NCBI RefSeq assembly: GCF_021028975.2
Contig: NC_059430.1
Coordinates: 89,218,001-89,282,000 of the forward strand
Direction: 5' to 3'
DNA length: 64,000 nucleotides
Source: Sphaerodactylus townsendi
Lineage: Eukaryota
Of this stretch, positions 63,361-64,000 are shown piece by piece. The notes below the pieces were generated by a model. It ran no database searches. It was not told the origin of the DNA and saw only the letters and a program-made list of their open reading frames with translations. Both the position numbers and the translations under genes were made by a program. How positions within the stretch are numbered: the first letter of the stretch is position 1; each line of letters begins with the position of its first letter.

Positions 63361-63427
63361 AAAGATCATGCAACATACAGATGTGAGATTCCCATAGGGC
63401 AGCCACTGTCTGCCTTTACTTCAATAA

Positions 63428-63975
63428 CTGCACTGGTTGCTGATTGAGTTCCACGTGAGATTCAAGGGGTTGGTTATTACTTTTAAAGCCCTACATGGCC
63501 TGGAACCAATATATCCGAGGGACCGCCTCCTCCAGTTCCCCCCATCCCAGTTGCTCTGCTCTTCATCAATCAGTTTATTGAAGGTGCAGGGACTCCATGA
63601 AGTTTGTCTGTCTTCCCCTAGATCTAGAACATTTTTGTGGCAGCTCCTTCTTGTGCAATGCTCTGTGGGGGGAGATCCATGCCCTGTTGAATTTATCTCA
63701 GTTTTGTAGGGTCTGAAAACCAGAACTCTTCCAACAGAAATTCCTCCAGATTAGGCCACTGGTTTGGTAAATAACCCTCCATATAATTGCTGGCCATGTA
63801 ATTACTGGCCGACTTGATGCCTCTGTCTGACTCATAGTACTGGATACTGTAATATTGAAATAAGTGTTGGTTTTTAATTGAATAGCGTTGTGATATTTAT
63901 TGCACTGTAAACCACCCTGAGCTTTGGAAGGATGGTATGGAAATCTAATGAATTAATGAATTAATTAAATGAATG
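63428..63975 (+). mobile_element. L2 LINE 3' fragment
   Basis: LHWLLIEFHVRFKGLVITFKALHGL; TGTAAACCACCCTGAGC...GGTATGGAAAT + TAAT/GAAT tail. Confidence 0.8.
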
Positions 63976-64000
63976 TTAGTGAGATTGTCTAGAGGTTTTC

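Noticed and set aside
57800-64000. Next upstream SEMA3C exon (CPGG...FPDDV...HPLMY)
   Set aside because: Not found by eye; donor-like GTAAGT sites near 59150 and 59180 have no semaphorin-like frame, so the exon probably lies beyond the window.

Overview
Vertebrate genomic DNA from a squamate reptile, probably a gecko, judged from Sauria/Squam-type SINEs, 5S-derived SINEs and the L2/CR1/RTE-X content. It holds the 3' halves of two convergent genes in the arrangement known from mammals. CD36 (+ strand) contributes six coding exons at 1816-10160 and a probable 3'-UTR exon at about 11402-11840. SEMA3C (- strand) contributes six coding exons at 57797-39160 and probably a 3'-UTR of about 6 kb ending near 32935. 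All 12 coding exons have canonical AG/GT ends and join in frame. Introns and intergenic DNA are dense with mobile elements: an LTR retroelement with a tRNA-Lys-type primer-binding site, a hairpin-rich PIF/Harbinger-like MITE family, several hAT MITE families with 8-bp target-site duplications (TSDs), a Helitron 3' end, Penelope-derived palindromes, and nested LINEs. There are two N-gaps. I found no convincing new gene system. The best leads are the covarying-hairpin MITE family, the LTR element inside CD36, the altered CD36 cytoplasmic tail, and the TE-expanded SEMA3C 3'-UTR. Most listed ORFs are chance frames in repeats. Human exon numbers and sizes are recalled, not searched.
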